A stretch of 64,000 nucleotides of DNA from Selaginella moellendorffii. Its lineage: Eukaryota > Plantae > Lycopodiophyta. The stretch covers positions 3,792,021-3,856,020 of the forward strand of contig NW_003314262.1 in the NCBI RefSeq assembly GCF_000143415.4, in the 5' to 3' direction. The notes under the pieces are model-generated. The model was not told the origin of the DNA. It made no database searches and saw nothing but the letters and a program-made list of their open reading frames with translations. Positions 27,131-38,833 of this stretch are shown here, in pieces (position 1 is the first letter of the stretch; the number at the start of each line of letters is the position of its first letter). The translations under genes and the position numbers were made by a program.

Positions 27131-27235
27131 TATTTAGGGTTACAAAACAAGAACATCTCGAAGACACGAAGTAAATTCTGCACAATGAAAAAGAGAATGA
27201 AAAAATCAGAATGTTATTCTGATTAACTTTCTTGT

Positions 27236-29480
27236 CTCACCTCTATTCAAATTCCAAAGCTGTGATCTTCATAATAACCAGGGCTCGTTGTTGATTATCA
27301 TGCAGTCATGTTTCCAAATCTAAAACTGATGAGGGCCTTCATGGACATTGAGAGCAGCGCCAACTCAATGGCCAGTTTCTACATTTCCACTGCACATCAA
27401 GAGAGTACTTAATTCACTGTAGGTGAGAAAACACTACCGTGACAATAGTCAAGTCCAATTCTCAGAACGAAGCCTGGAGTATTCTCTGGGAAAACTGCTT
27501 GATCAATCGATATGTGCCCCTAAAATACAAACAAGTCAGCTAAAAAGACAACAAATGATCCAGAGGGTGCCTTTAAATCTCACATATCTCCCATTACACG
27601 GACAAGCCCTGGCATGTTAAGGTTAGCAAAGAATACCAAGGCTTGTCTTTACCAGCGGGACATGCCTAAGGGATGCTATCGCGCGCTTGGAAAAGTTACC
27701 TCAAAATGAACAGTTCCATCTGTATATTGCGCCCCACTGTCGAGCAAAAGCAGATATTCATCGTCCACTAAGGCTCCGTTTTCACCCAATCCTGTAAGGA
27801 TTGGTAAGAGCCGACAATTTTGCAATGGTAGAAAATACAAGCCACAAATTGTATCAAAGCTAGTTTCTAGAAATCCTTCCTTGTTGGAACGAAAGGTGAG
27901 AAGTTCATCACCAACTTCCACCTCCGTAAGTTTGGCTTTCTCAGTAACGATTTTTACTTTGAGCCAAGCCCAAAACTCAACCGGGGCTGCAGCATCTCTG
28001 TTCGGAACAATTGCAAAGAAAACCACAGAAGTTCACCTCAAGTGTGCTTGTTTCATCCCTGAGATCTCAGCAGCATTTTTTATGGTCTTCGGCACAGATA
28101 GTGGCGATGGTCTGTGTAATGCAGTTGGACCATCTGATATTCCATTTTTCCCATCGACATTCGCTTTGGCATAAAAGCTCGTACATCCTTCCGAAAATGC
28201 ATTCACAATGGCCATGTTGGTTTTGGTTGGATCTAGCCACAATTTTGAGCCCGACTCAGCTAATCTAAAAGAACATTGCGTTAGCAACTCCCTAACATCA
28301 AAAGGATGGCACACCTTTGAATAGTTGATAGGAGCGCGGAGTACTCTTTGACGGTCACGGAAGAGCTTTCCAGGTGCATCTCAACGTCTGGCGTCACCTT
28401 TGACACATCAGTGAAAAGAGTTGCCTTGTCCATCTGGACAAGTGCGTGAGCATACGCCACTGGAGAATGAGGGACATTGCCACCACGCTGAAACATAAAA
28501 ATTCAGAAGAGAAAAGTACAGACATTCACTTACAAGATTAAACAGCCATGCAACTTCATCGAGCATGGTTATCACGACGCCAGTAGCACCAGCTGCGGAA
28601 AGTTTCTTTCTCGCATCCGAGAGCTTCATCGCGACATCAACGCCAGCGTAAATCAAATCGTGCACTCTCAGAGGAGACTTGCGGACAATGTCAAGGTCTC
28701 CCATCGAGTCAAATCTCATCAATCAAGTTGAGATCGACAAAAGTGAGTTGAATCTCTTTGGCTGACAAGGTTCGCCTGAGCTCCTCCGTACCATCGTGGC
28801 TGACAAGAAACTGTCAAGGCAATAATTACATGAGAACGGAGGTTTAGAAAAGCAAAAGAAAAACTGTAGCTCAAAAGAATGATCTCGACACCTTACAGGA
28901 TCAATGCCTACAGCCAAACCACCAGAGAGATTGTCTTTGAGCCACTCACTGTATGAAGGCACGCCAATAGAACCACCTCTCATGAGCGTCCATTTAGGTC
29001 CAAGTTGGTTCTCAGCCTACACAGAAGCAGCAAAAAACAATGAGAAATCTGTGCAGGAAGAAAGCAAAAGAATGAAGTTGAATCAATTACCTGAAGATAG
29101 TATCGACCATCCGTCCAAAGTGCAGCCTTCTCCAAGGTGATCACAACACACAGCAGTTCCTGCGCTTCACGTGAATCCTGAAATTTAAGCTCGGCGCGTG
29201 AAGCACTCGGCTATAAATTCACTCTGCATACGCACCAGTGAGCTACTTACAAAAAAGAAAAGAGGAAACAAGAAAAAAAATTCCTAGACTCCTTGTTCTC
29301 TTTCTCAAGGAAGACGCAAGTACCTGGTGAGCGTCCTCCGAAGGCACGATGTAAGCTTGGACACCCGAGTCGCTCATCAATTTCCTCAAATCCGCCAGCT
29401 TGATTCCCCCTGCGCGCAGCAGCAGCTGCGAGAACCGAATGGCGGCCCGGGCGATTGGAAATCCAAATACACCTCAGCAA
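27236..29480 (-). pseudogene. Aminopeptidase P (APP2-like) copy C
   Basis: Same exons as copy B. Shares the in-frame stop GH*VGAALNVHEGP and has deletions. Confidence 0.85.
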
Positions 29481-29714
29481 TCGCGCGCTCCCGGGAGGCC
29501 GAGGAGCTTTAGAGCTTTAACAAAAATTTCTTCAGCTCCATTTTTTAACCAGCTCTCAGATCTGGAGCTCGATTCCAAGGACGAAAACAATTCGATAAAC
29601 ATCGATCTTCCGACCTAATGGGACTATTTCTCAGCCAGAAGAATAATACTTTAATTTTTTCCATAAAAATTAAGAGATATAAGACTTTCCAACAACCTTT
29701 CGAAAGAAGTCAAC

Positions 29715-30540
29715 GCGCAACGCTTTCGACAGGATCAAAGAGAAGAACCAGGTGGCCTGGAACGCGATGATCACAGCATACACTCAAAACGCTCACTTTG
29801 ATCTTGCGAGGGGTTTGTTCGATCTCATGCCTGGACGCTCATGCTCACGGAGTTCGCGCAGAAGGGACTTACCCGGGAAGCACGAGAGATCTTCGATCGA
29901 ATTCCCGTTTGGGACACGGCTAGCTGGAACGCCATGATCTCAGCTCACGCAGAAAATGGAGAAAGCTTGCGAGCTTCTAGCAAAGATGGATCTGGAAGGA
30001 TTTGAGGCGGACAGAGCTACGTTTATCGGCGACCTCGCACCATCCGAGGCAAGGTTGCTCCATGATTTGATATCCAGCTCGGGTTGTCGCAGTGATAGCT
30101 CAGTCGCCACCGCACTGGTGAGCATGCACGGCCGATCTGCTCGCCTCGCCGCCGCTTGCGAGATTTTCGACGCGGCTCGCGAGAAGAACGTCGTGCTGTG
30201 GAGCGCGACGATTGGGATCTATGCCGACAATGGACTTTTCGACGCGGCCATGGAGCTCTAGTGCTCACGCGGGGGGCTTGAGCAACGCGAGGCAGTGGTT
30301 CTTCTCGGTGGCGACGGACTTTGGGGTGGCCTATACCAGGGATCACTGCGTTTGCATGGCGGAAATGCTAGCGCGTTCCGGCCTCATGGATCAAGCACGG
30401 GAGCTTGTGAGTGATATGCCGTTTGTGCCGGATAGCTGCTCGTGGAAGACGGTGCTCGTTGGGTGTTTAGTCGTCGTGATCGAATGTGAGCCGGAGGACT
30501 CATCGCCATACATTGTCAAACATCTATTCCGCAGCGAAGG
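29715..30540 (+). pseudogene. PLS-class PPR protein fragment with E-domain remnant
   Basis: VAWNAMITAYTQN, ATALVSMHGRS, KNVVLWSATIGIYADNG, DHCVCMAEMLARSG...MPFVPD..SWKTVL, split across frames. Confidence 0.8.
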
Positions 30541-31138
30541 ACGAAATTCTTGTCTAGCTAATTGCTGGCCAATTTTGGAGGAGCTAATAGGGATAAGCTT
30601 CCGTTCTTCCTTGGTTTTCTTGGTTTTCACAAAGCATTGTTTCGTGATTTCACTGTAACAGGACAACAGGGCATCAGTACACCTTCGTGAAGAAGGTATT
30701 AAGAATGGTTTGGATATTGCTGGATTCTTGGTGCAGCAAAACTTTGACTTTCCACTCTGCAGCCCACCAATTTCAGTTGCTAGATTTCTCAATAGGATAA
30801 TGCGGCATTCTAGCAGCGTTTCTAGCTTGACCATGCAGATCTATGCGGTAGATCGGTCATTTTGGTCGCCCACAAGTGGTGCAGGACATTGAACTTTTCG
30901 TGATTACGTAAAGTGCGTTTCTTCAAAGCACACATTTGACTTGCGACTTTCTATGCACAGCCACCAACTTCAGCAGGCCGAGCTCTCGATTTAAATGTTA
31001 TCCGCACTCTGATATCAGGAAACTCGCTTCACTTCATCCGGGAAAAGCTAGAACAAGCTCTTTCTTGATCGTGGTATGTGATTTCACGAGAGAAAGCTTT
31101 GATATTTGTTTTCACTAATTCGTGAAAATCTAGCAAAG

Positions 31139-32450
31139 ATGGCCTCGCGCTTGAACGTCTACGCCGAGAAGCCAATGACCATCAAACCGGCGCGTCCCAC
31201 CAAGAACCAGACCATCTTTCTCAGCAACATGGGCCAGCAAGTCTTCTTCCACGTCGAGATGCTTTTCATGTACGATGTGCAGTCCCCGGACACGTGAGAC
31301 GTGACGTACGCAACGCTCTCGCCGAAGCTCTCATTCCATACTACTTCGCGGCGGGGAGATTCAGAGTGAACGAGCAGGAGAAGAGGCTTGAGGTGGAGTG
31401 CAATGGAGCCAGGGCAGACTTTGCCGGTGCCTTTTGCGATTCCAGCATCGCCGAGCTGGGTGATCTGCGAATTCGCAATCCAGACTTCCGGAAGCTGCTC
31501 GTTTACCCGGTTGATGTCAAGAGGATCGAAGATATCGCCTTGTTCTCCATCCAGGTAAGCCAGAACTTCTTCTATTTTCATTCTTTCTTTGTTCTCATCG
31601 CTCTTCTTTGTGTTCTTGAAGGTGGGGGGATTCATTGTCGGGATTTACACTAGCCATGTCGTGTTTGATGGGATATCGGGGTGCCAGTTCTTCAGCGACA
31701 TCGGCAGGATCTCTCGCGGCGAGTCCATCGCGGCCAAGGCAAACCATGACTCCCGACAGGACGGCCCTCCGCTCGCGATCGCCACCGAGAATCTCCTACG
31801 CCCACCCGGAGCTCATGAGACTCCCGGACATTCCCGCGAGGCTGCTCTTCAATCCGGCCTCGTGCACGCTTTCAAGTCGTTCTCCTTCTCTCTCGCGCAG
31901 CTCGATCTTCTCAAAAAAGAGCTATCGAGGGAGGAGAGGTCTCCCGCTGCTCCACCTTTGAGGCCCTTACAGGCCACGTCTGGAAGGCACGCACCACCGC
32001 TCTTGGGATGGACCCATCCGCCATCGCCAAGCTTTTCGTGGCGATGAACCTCTGGGACATGCTCAAGAGCCCGGCGCTACCCGACGGCTTCACGGGCAAC
32101 GCGGTGGTGGCGGCGCCGTACGTTGACACGACCGCTGACTCGGTTATCAATGGCTCGCTGTCGCTGTGTGTGCGCAAGGTCCGGGATGCAATCGCGAGCG
32201 TGAACGAGGAGTACATCCGGTCGGTGATCGACTGGTGCGAGGTCAACGGGCACGGGATCATTGAACTCGGCGGCATGATCATCACGCCCTGGTCAAAGCT
32301 AGCTTTTGATGGCGTTGACTTTGGGTGTGCCGCCGGTCAACGACAGGCTCGCTGGTGCTGTCTAGCTGCAAAGGAGATGGCAGCGTGGACGTGTTCATGG
32401 CTATGGAGTTTCACAAGATGAGAAAGCTGGAGGAGTGCCTTAGTATATGA
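31139..32450 (+). pseudogene. BAHD acyltransferase (frameshifted)
   Basis: IKPARPT...IFLSN, ALAEALIPYYFAAGRF, HxxxD motif SHVVFDG, FTGNAVV and DFG motif. Early stop near 31297 and several frame changes. Confidence 0.85.
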
Positions 32451-33793
32451 GCGTTTTGTTTAGTTTAATCTGTCAGCAAGTGAATGTATTCTTATATTTT
32501 ACTTTTCATTTTCTCATAAAGGTATAGAAACTATAAGAAGTTAGGTTTAAGATTATAAAACGTAAAGGGTTCTTATATATTTTCATTTTTCATATTATGA
32601 AAATTAATACAATTTGATTCTAATATAAAAACCATTTCAACAAACTAACCAAGTAATATACTAGATTCAAGATAAGATAGTATATTAATATATACTGTTT
32701 TGGTAATAAGTTCTTTATTTTTTTATAATTTATATTTTACTTCACAGTGTGTACAATATATTAATAAGTTGAAGATATGTAAAATAAATTAATATTAATT
32801 TAGCAATGAAATTAGATTACATATTATTATAAATATTTTAGGGTTTTTGGCATTTATTAAGTTCTTTTGTATAATAAAAATGAATTTTTTTCTTTTTATA
32901 ATTTATTTTAATTATTTTGATTTAAAATTTTTGAGTATTAAAACAAAGTGATACTAGAAAAATTACTGGTATTATACAATAACAGAACTAATAGGTAGGA
33001 CATTGTAATGATGATTATTTTTTAAATATACACTAAAAAAGGTTATTTTGAAGTTTTGTGGAAATGAGACTTTAATGTTCTTCAAATGATAATATTCTTT
33101 TATTAGTAAAGGAAAATATCACTTGGTTTTTGTAATTCTCCACTTTTTCAAATCTTCATAAAAGATAATAAATAAAAATAATTCTATAAGAAGAAGTAAG
33201 AATAAAATAATTTTTTTATTATAAAAATTAACATTGAAAAAATATATATAATACATTTTTATTGCTACCAAATTTTAATTTTCAAATTAATTATTTCATA
33301 AACTTGAAAGGCAATTCCTCATTGCTACTTTAACATCTATTCTATGGCTAAGGACAAAAATTAGATTGCTGGCCAACTAAGAGAGGTAAGCTTCCATTCA
33401 TTCTACTTAGTTGGAAGATAAGAATCAGTACACTTTTGTGAGCTTCTGGAAGAGGGTATTAAGAATGTTTTGAACCTTTCACCTTCTACTTGCAAGCTTT
33501 CTCAATCTTAAAAAATAAGAGAATGTGGTAAGATTGCTTTTAACTTAAGAAGCTTGTCAATGTCTTTTTGCAGCAGATCAGTCATTTTGGTCACCCTGAA
33601 GTGTTACAGCACAGTAAACTTATACATAAAATAATGAAATTTCTAGAATTTCTAGCTCCATAAATTTTTAGGGTTCTTGGGGGCGGGAATCCGTTGATTT
33701 GTATAGTCCAAGGAGCATCGTTCTCACGCAGCAATCTTTGTAAAGAAGCACGTAGTAGAAGTGAAATCTAGAACAGTTTAAGAACTATTAAAT

Positions 33794-34542
33794 TTACATC
33801 ATGTGGAACACTGGAGTCTTGGTGAAAAACTCGGTGATCACCAAGGCGAGGAAGCCAAGCATCGCGGTTCGCCCATTCCAGCGCTCCGCCATGGCTCTAA
33901 ATGGCCCAAACGATCTGCTGTCCGGGCTCTCGCCCTTAAACATGGGCACCAGCGACGCGTACGCGAATAGCTGTGCCACCGCCAGAAAATGGAAAAGACC
34001 AGTGCTCCCCGGCGAGTAGAGCTGCTCCGCCACCGTTTGTCCCGTCATTCGCTCCACCGCGAATGCCCACACCAATCCAATCATTGCCTGCTTGTCAAGT
34101 TCACGAAGTTACTTCCCAAGATCTAGAAGAACAACCAACAATCGCTTACCAGTCTTCCGTTGATCGTTTCCGGGCCGGCTCCATCGAACGCCATCAAGCT
34201 GGGGAACGATCGATCTCCAGTCTCTGGTCGCCTCTCGACCTCTGGCCTGGGATAGAGCGATCCGGACGATGGGACGGCTCCAAACACGGAGCGCTTCTCC
34301 GACTCGTTCTCGGCCTGGTTCTTGAGCACCTCCTCGCGAGTGATCTCCTTCTTGGTGCCGTCAAGAACGCCACTGATGCCGCCATCGCCACCATCCCTTG
34401 ATTTGTTCGAGGACGCTCTTATTACTACTAGATTTCTTGTGCCGATGGAGCTTGTGGGCGATTTCGATTGGACATAGAGCTTGTTGGAGATGAGCGAGGA
34501 AGAAGAGAGAGCTGCGATACCACTGCCTGTGACGAGTGCCAT
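33794..34542 (-). CDS. ELIP: Early light-induced protein, copy 1 (exons 34542-34150 and 34087-33794)
   Basis: Ser-rich transit peptide, LHC motifs PETINGRLAM and AERWNGRTAMLG, three helices, canonical 62-nt intron. Confidence 0.9.
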
Positions 34543-36849
34543 TGTTTTCAGCTGGGAGTTAGCTAGCAAAAAATCAGTGTGCAATGAACTTACGATGAGA
34601 TACTTTCTTCTTCGTTTGAGATGGCTATGGCAAATGGCACACATGTATTTATGTAGTATGGGGATCGTACGTGGCAAAATCTAGATCCTGGCTCGTGTCC
34701 ACTGTATGTGTCGCACATCTTGTGACGGTGAAAATGGCCGAAGGTAAGACTTCTCGGGAGAATGCAAGGTGCGATACTTTGGGACTTTCGTTTCGTTTCG
34801 CAATAGAAACGGCACACGGGGATGCTCTTTTGTCTTGAGTGTTAATGTAATACCGTTAATCTTCGTCAAACATTCCTGGAAAGGTTTGCTCGAGAGCGCT
34901 TCCGGCGCATCAAACTCGACTGTCTCTGCTGTATGTATCACGAGAAAGAAAGAAAAACGAGTTACCTCAAAACATTAAACAAGATCAAACAGATTTTGTG
35001 ATTCGATAAGTGGCAGGCTTGGAAGAGATGGGACACAGCCTGGGAGTGCAAATCCATGGCTCTCCCGACCCACGATCGCTGACAAGCTTGCCATGAATCC
35101 TCTGGCCGGGATCTCTCGAGGCCAGAGCTCTTCCCAGCCGCAATGAGGGTATGGCGACCGGGCGTGGCTGCTGCTACTCCATGAGAAGCTCCGGTGGTGG
35201 TGAGTAAAAGCAGGCCATCGATCGATCTATGTCTGTGTGCTCATGCTTCGAGGGATGCTGGCTGGTGGTATCAAGAATGCCAGTGAACGTTGCAGCCTTT
35301 GCCTCGCACGGGCATTTCTTCGGGGCTCTTGCTTTGCACCGCAGTTATTGTTATGAGATGGCTTGACACAGCGACATTCTTCTCCACGGATCTTGCGTTG
35401 GTACGTATAATGGGGGCCTGGAAGCAAACGATACGTCGAAGCATTTGCCTGGCTTGGGTATTTTGTGTGGCGCATGTTGGTTAGTGTGCCCCGAGGACTC
35501 TTGAGGCGGCATCCAGCTCACCACTTGCTTTTATGTCTTGGATTGCTTCTTGCACAACGAGAAGCACTTTACCATGCAGGAGGAATATGAGCAAGAGGTG
35601 GAAGGCAAGCAGCCATATCGTGATTGGGATATCGTGCCTGAGCAAGGAAAATGAGGTAGCCCAGCTAGATTGTGCTCTTGTCTTGTACAGCAAGCTTGTC
35701 CTCTTTCATCAGTCCAGAGACTTCCATCTTCACCTTCAGGGTAGCTGATCATATTGTTTCTGGACGAGTCTTGAAACTGCATTCAAAGAGCAGCAAGAAG
35801 CTTTGGAAGGAACACCCATGGGCTGGTTTTGAAGAAGTGCATTTTCATCAGTCCGTCATCAGCTGCTCAGAAGGTGACTATTTAAGTCCAATGAACCGAG
35901 CCTTTATTGGGAAGCTGCAGCTCTCTTCCCATTCAAATGATGTTTGAATGGGGAGGACTCCAATGGATGGAAGAGGATGAAGTGGTATGGTCTGTGGTGT
36001 CAAGCTCGCCTGCCAAGTTTAATGAGCCTATTGATTCTTTGCGGTATCATGAAGCCGAACGCGAATAGTTGTTGTAGGATAAAATTAATTATTTTAATTT
36101 TTTTACAAACCATAAATTATTCATGAATATTTATTTTAAGTGAAACTAAAATAATTTACAGTTTATAATGACATGAAAAATATTTATGAAAATACATCCA
36201 CTGCTACAACGCTAATAGTAGTGTAGCATATCAACCACATTGAATCTAATCTATCCTTTCCTATATATAAGCAAAAGTCTATTCATACACCAGATTCATT
36301 TAATTGCATTCAAAAGCTACACTAAGTGTTTTAGTCTTGCTTGAACTCTATTGTCCACCAAAGTGTTATGATTAATTGCATAATAAGTAGTAGTTCCATG
36401 GTAGAGGTAATATATAACTCTAGTACATTAGTGTTTGGTATTGAATAATATCATTTCTTCAAATGCCAACTTAAAAGATTTTATAACTTGCCTCCAACCT
36501 TCAAGGAGGTATTAAGATTTTAATATATAAATAATTTTGTTTTATAGATCACAATCACTTGGAGTTTTTAGAGCTTGAGGCTTTGGAATCACCTATAAGT
36601 TTGGATACAAAATCTCTTATTAAAAACTAGCAAAAAACTCCAAGTACCTTTGCAAATTGCAAACTTTAAGACAACTGCATTGATCATATCCACATCCAAT
36701 ATAGTACATTGTCGCTGTTGGCTCTCCAGAAAGGGCTCTCACAGAAATCTCCATTCTAATGAATATTCAATATGCCCGAATATTCACGTCTTGAGTTTAT
36801 TCATAGAATATTCTTTGGAGTTGTTTTAAATGCTTGCGCCCACGAGGAA

Positions 36850-38478
36850 CTCGTTATCGCTTTCCACAGGATGGAAGGACGATGGATACCTTTTGCCTGT
36901 ACACTCACACACACACAAAGAACGTGGAAATAAATTCCATGAAGGATTTAGTGACGAGATTTTTACCAGAAGGAAGCATATGATTTTGAAGGAACGCAAG
37001 GCAAGCTCTACTGTTGATATCTTTCGCGAGCTGGACGTCGAGATCTCCAGACAACCTTGGAAAGAAAACGAAGAGAAACATGGAGCGAGCTTTGAACCAG
37101 TACGAACTTACTTGAGTTTCTTGGACATCATCGTAAGAAACAATGGAAAATCAGATTGATCCTGGTGCTCGGTGTGCTACAAATGCGAGAAGATGTATGT
37201 AAACTTCCCCGAGTGAGAGAAATCAAGCAAAGCTGACCTTGATCGTCAAGAGCTTGGTTTCAAGAGATTGCCCGTTCTTGGTTTTCGTCCCAGCTCTTGC
37301 ATTGAGATACACAAGACGAGCTTCTTTCAAGGCCTTCCAATCGAAGTTTTCAGTGTTAAGCAGGAGAACGGGAACATGTCCAGAGACCTTCTCATAGTCT
37401 ACCTGCGGAACAAAATGTCTCATGAGAAGATCAAAGATCAAGCGGGCTTACTTTTTCCACGGGCTCCCACCAGACGTCTAGCCCGAGCGAGCACTTGAAA
37501 CGGGTGGTGATAGCTCCAGGCGCTATGATCGCAGTTGCTCCACCAAAAGAATGTCCAGCAATGGCTATTCGATCCAAGTCCATCCTCCCTTTGAACATGG
37601 TAACGTCCAAGCTATAGTCTCCAGTGACTAAGTTGGAGCTTATACTTCCATTGTTTAGCTCGTCGAGCCCATGAAGGACGAGCTCAATCTCCTTGACTCT
37701 CTGATACATTGTAAAAAGCATGAAACTACAAGAACCAAAGAGGAGGAAAGAAAAAAAGTTTCCTGGACACACCTGTTTGAGTTGCATGCCGCGATCCTTC
37801 ATTTTCAGATCGTGCAAGTTTGAATTGGCGTACTTGTGCTCAATCCATCTCTCCGATCCCTTGTTGTCAATGTAACTGGCAATGTTCGCGGAGCCATCTA
37901 AATGCTCCGGAGCCACAACGACTGCCATGACAACTTCCCAAAGTTTAGAAAAGATTCACGAACAAACAGAAAGAAAAGCTAGAAAAGCTCGAAGAACGAC
38001 ATAACTGTACCCATACGACGCTAGATCCGAGCAAAGCGTGCTGTAAGTTGCTCTACAAGCCCACAAACCATGGGAAAAAACCACCACTGGGAATCTCTCC
38101 TCCCCATCCTCTACCAAAATTGGCTGCGCTGCCGCGGCCGCGATCACTGCTCCAGGCCAGAGCATTGCATAAAACACACCTGCGAGAAAAAATATAGAAT
38201 AAATCAAGAGAATCGAGGAGATCATCCACAGGGAGACGATTACCCGCAAAGATCCACAGCATCGCCCTGCGCATCGCCGTCTTCGGCCGCGCCATATTGC
38301 ACAGGTATCCAAACGCGTAGGCGACGCCGGGCAGCCAGCGGCATTTCTTGGATTGCCGCTGTGCGGCGCTCGGATAGAACACGCGCACCATCGGCGGCTG
38401 GAGCGCGCCATCGCCAGATCCCTTGGCGAGCTGGAAATCCCCAAACGCCACCGGGAAACGGCCCAGGAGCTTCGCCAT
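36850..38478 (-). CDS. Platelet-activating-factor acetylhydrolase-like alpha/beta hydrolase (multi-exon; 3' end approximate)
   Basis: RFPVVVFSHGL...YSTLCSDLASYG, VVAPEHLDGSA, nucleophile GHSFGGAT, LDVWWEP, HQDQSDFP. Confidence 0.85.
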
Positions 38479-38833
38479 AGCTCCACTCGCTCAATCCAGC
38501 AAAGCAAAAAAGTGAGTCTATAGATTCCCCTAGAATATTCAAATCTCGTTAATCAACGTCCGTACAAGAACACTGTTAATCTAAACCTAACAACGGGGCA
38601 TACGGTAAAAGTACGGTAGACCTTCATCACGACCGTACCAAAAAAAAAAGGCCCCTGTTTTCCAGGGCGGGAGCCTGGAAAACAGAGGCCGAGAGACGAT
38701 TTCCTCGAGAGATGGGATCTAGAAGAAGCTGTCACATATATCTCTTGTTCTCGTTTGTACAGTCCTCTGGAAAACGAACGTACCTGGTACACGAAGGATC
38801 CAAACGTCCGAAACTTACGATGAATCGTTCCTC

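Noticed and set aside
32450-33350. Very AT-rich tract
   Set aside because: Ordinary intergenic sequence with no periodicity or termini seen.
35050-35990. Exon-like GC-richer stretch
   Set aside because: Possibly a gene relic, but no consistent frame or recognisable family.
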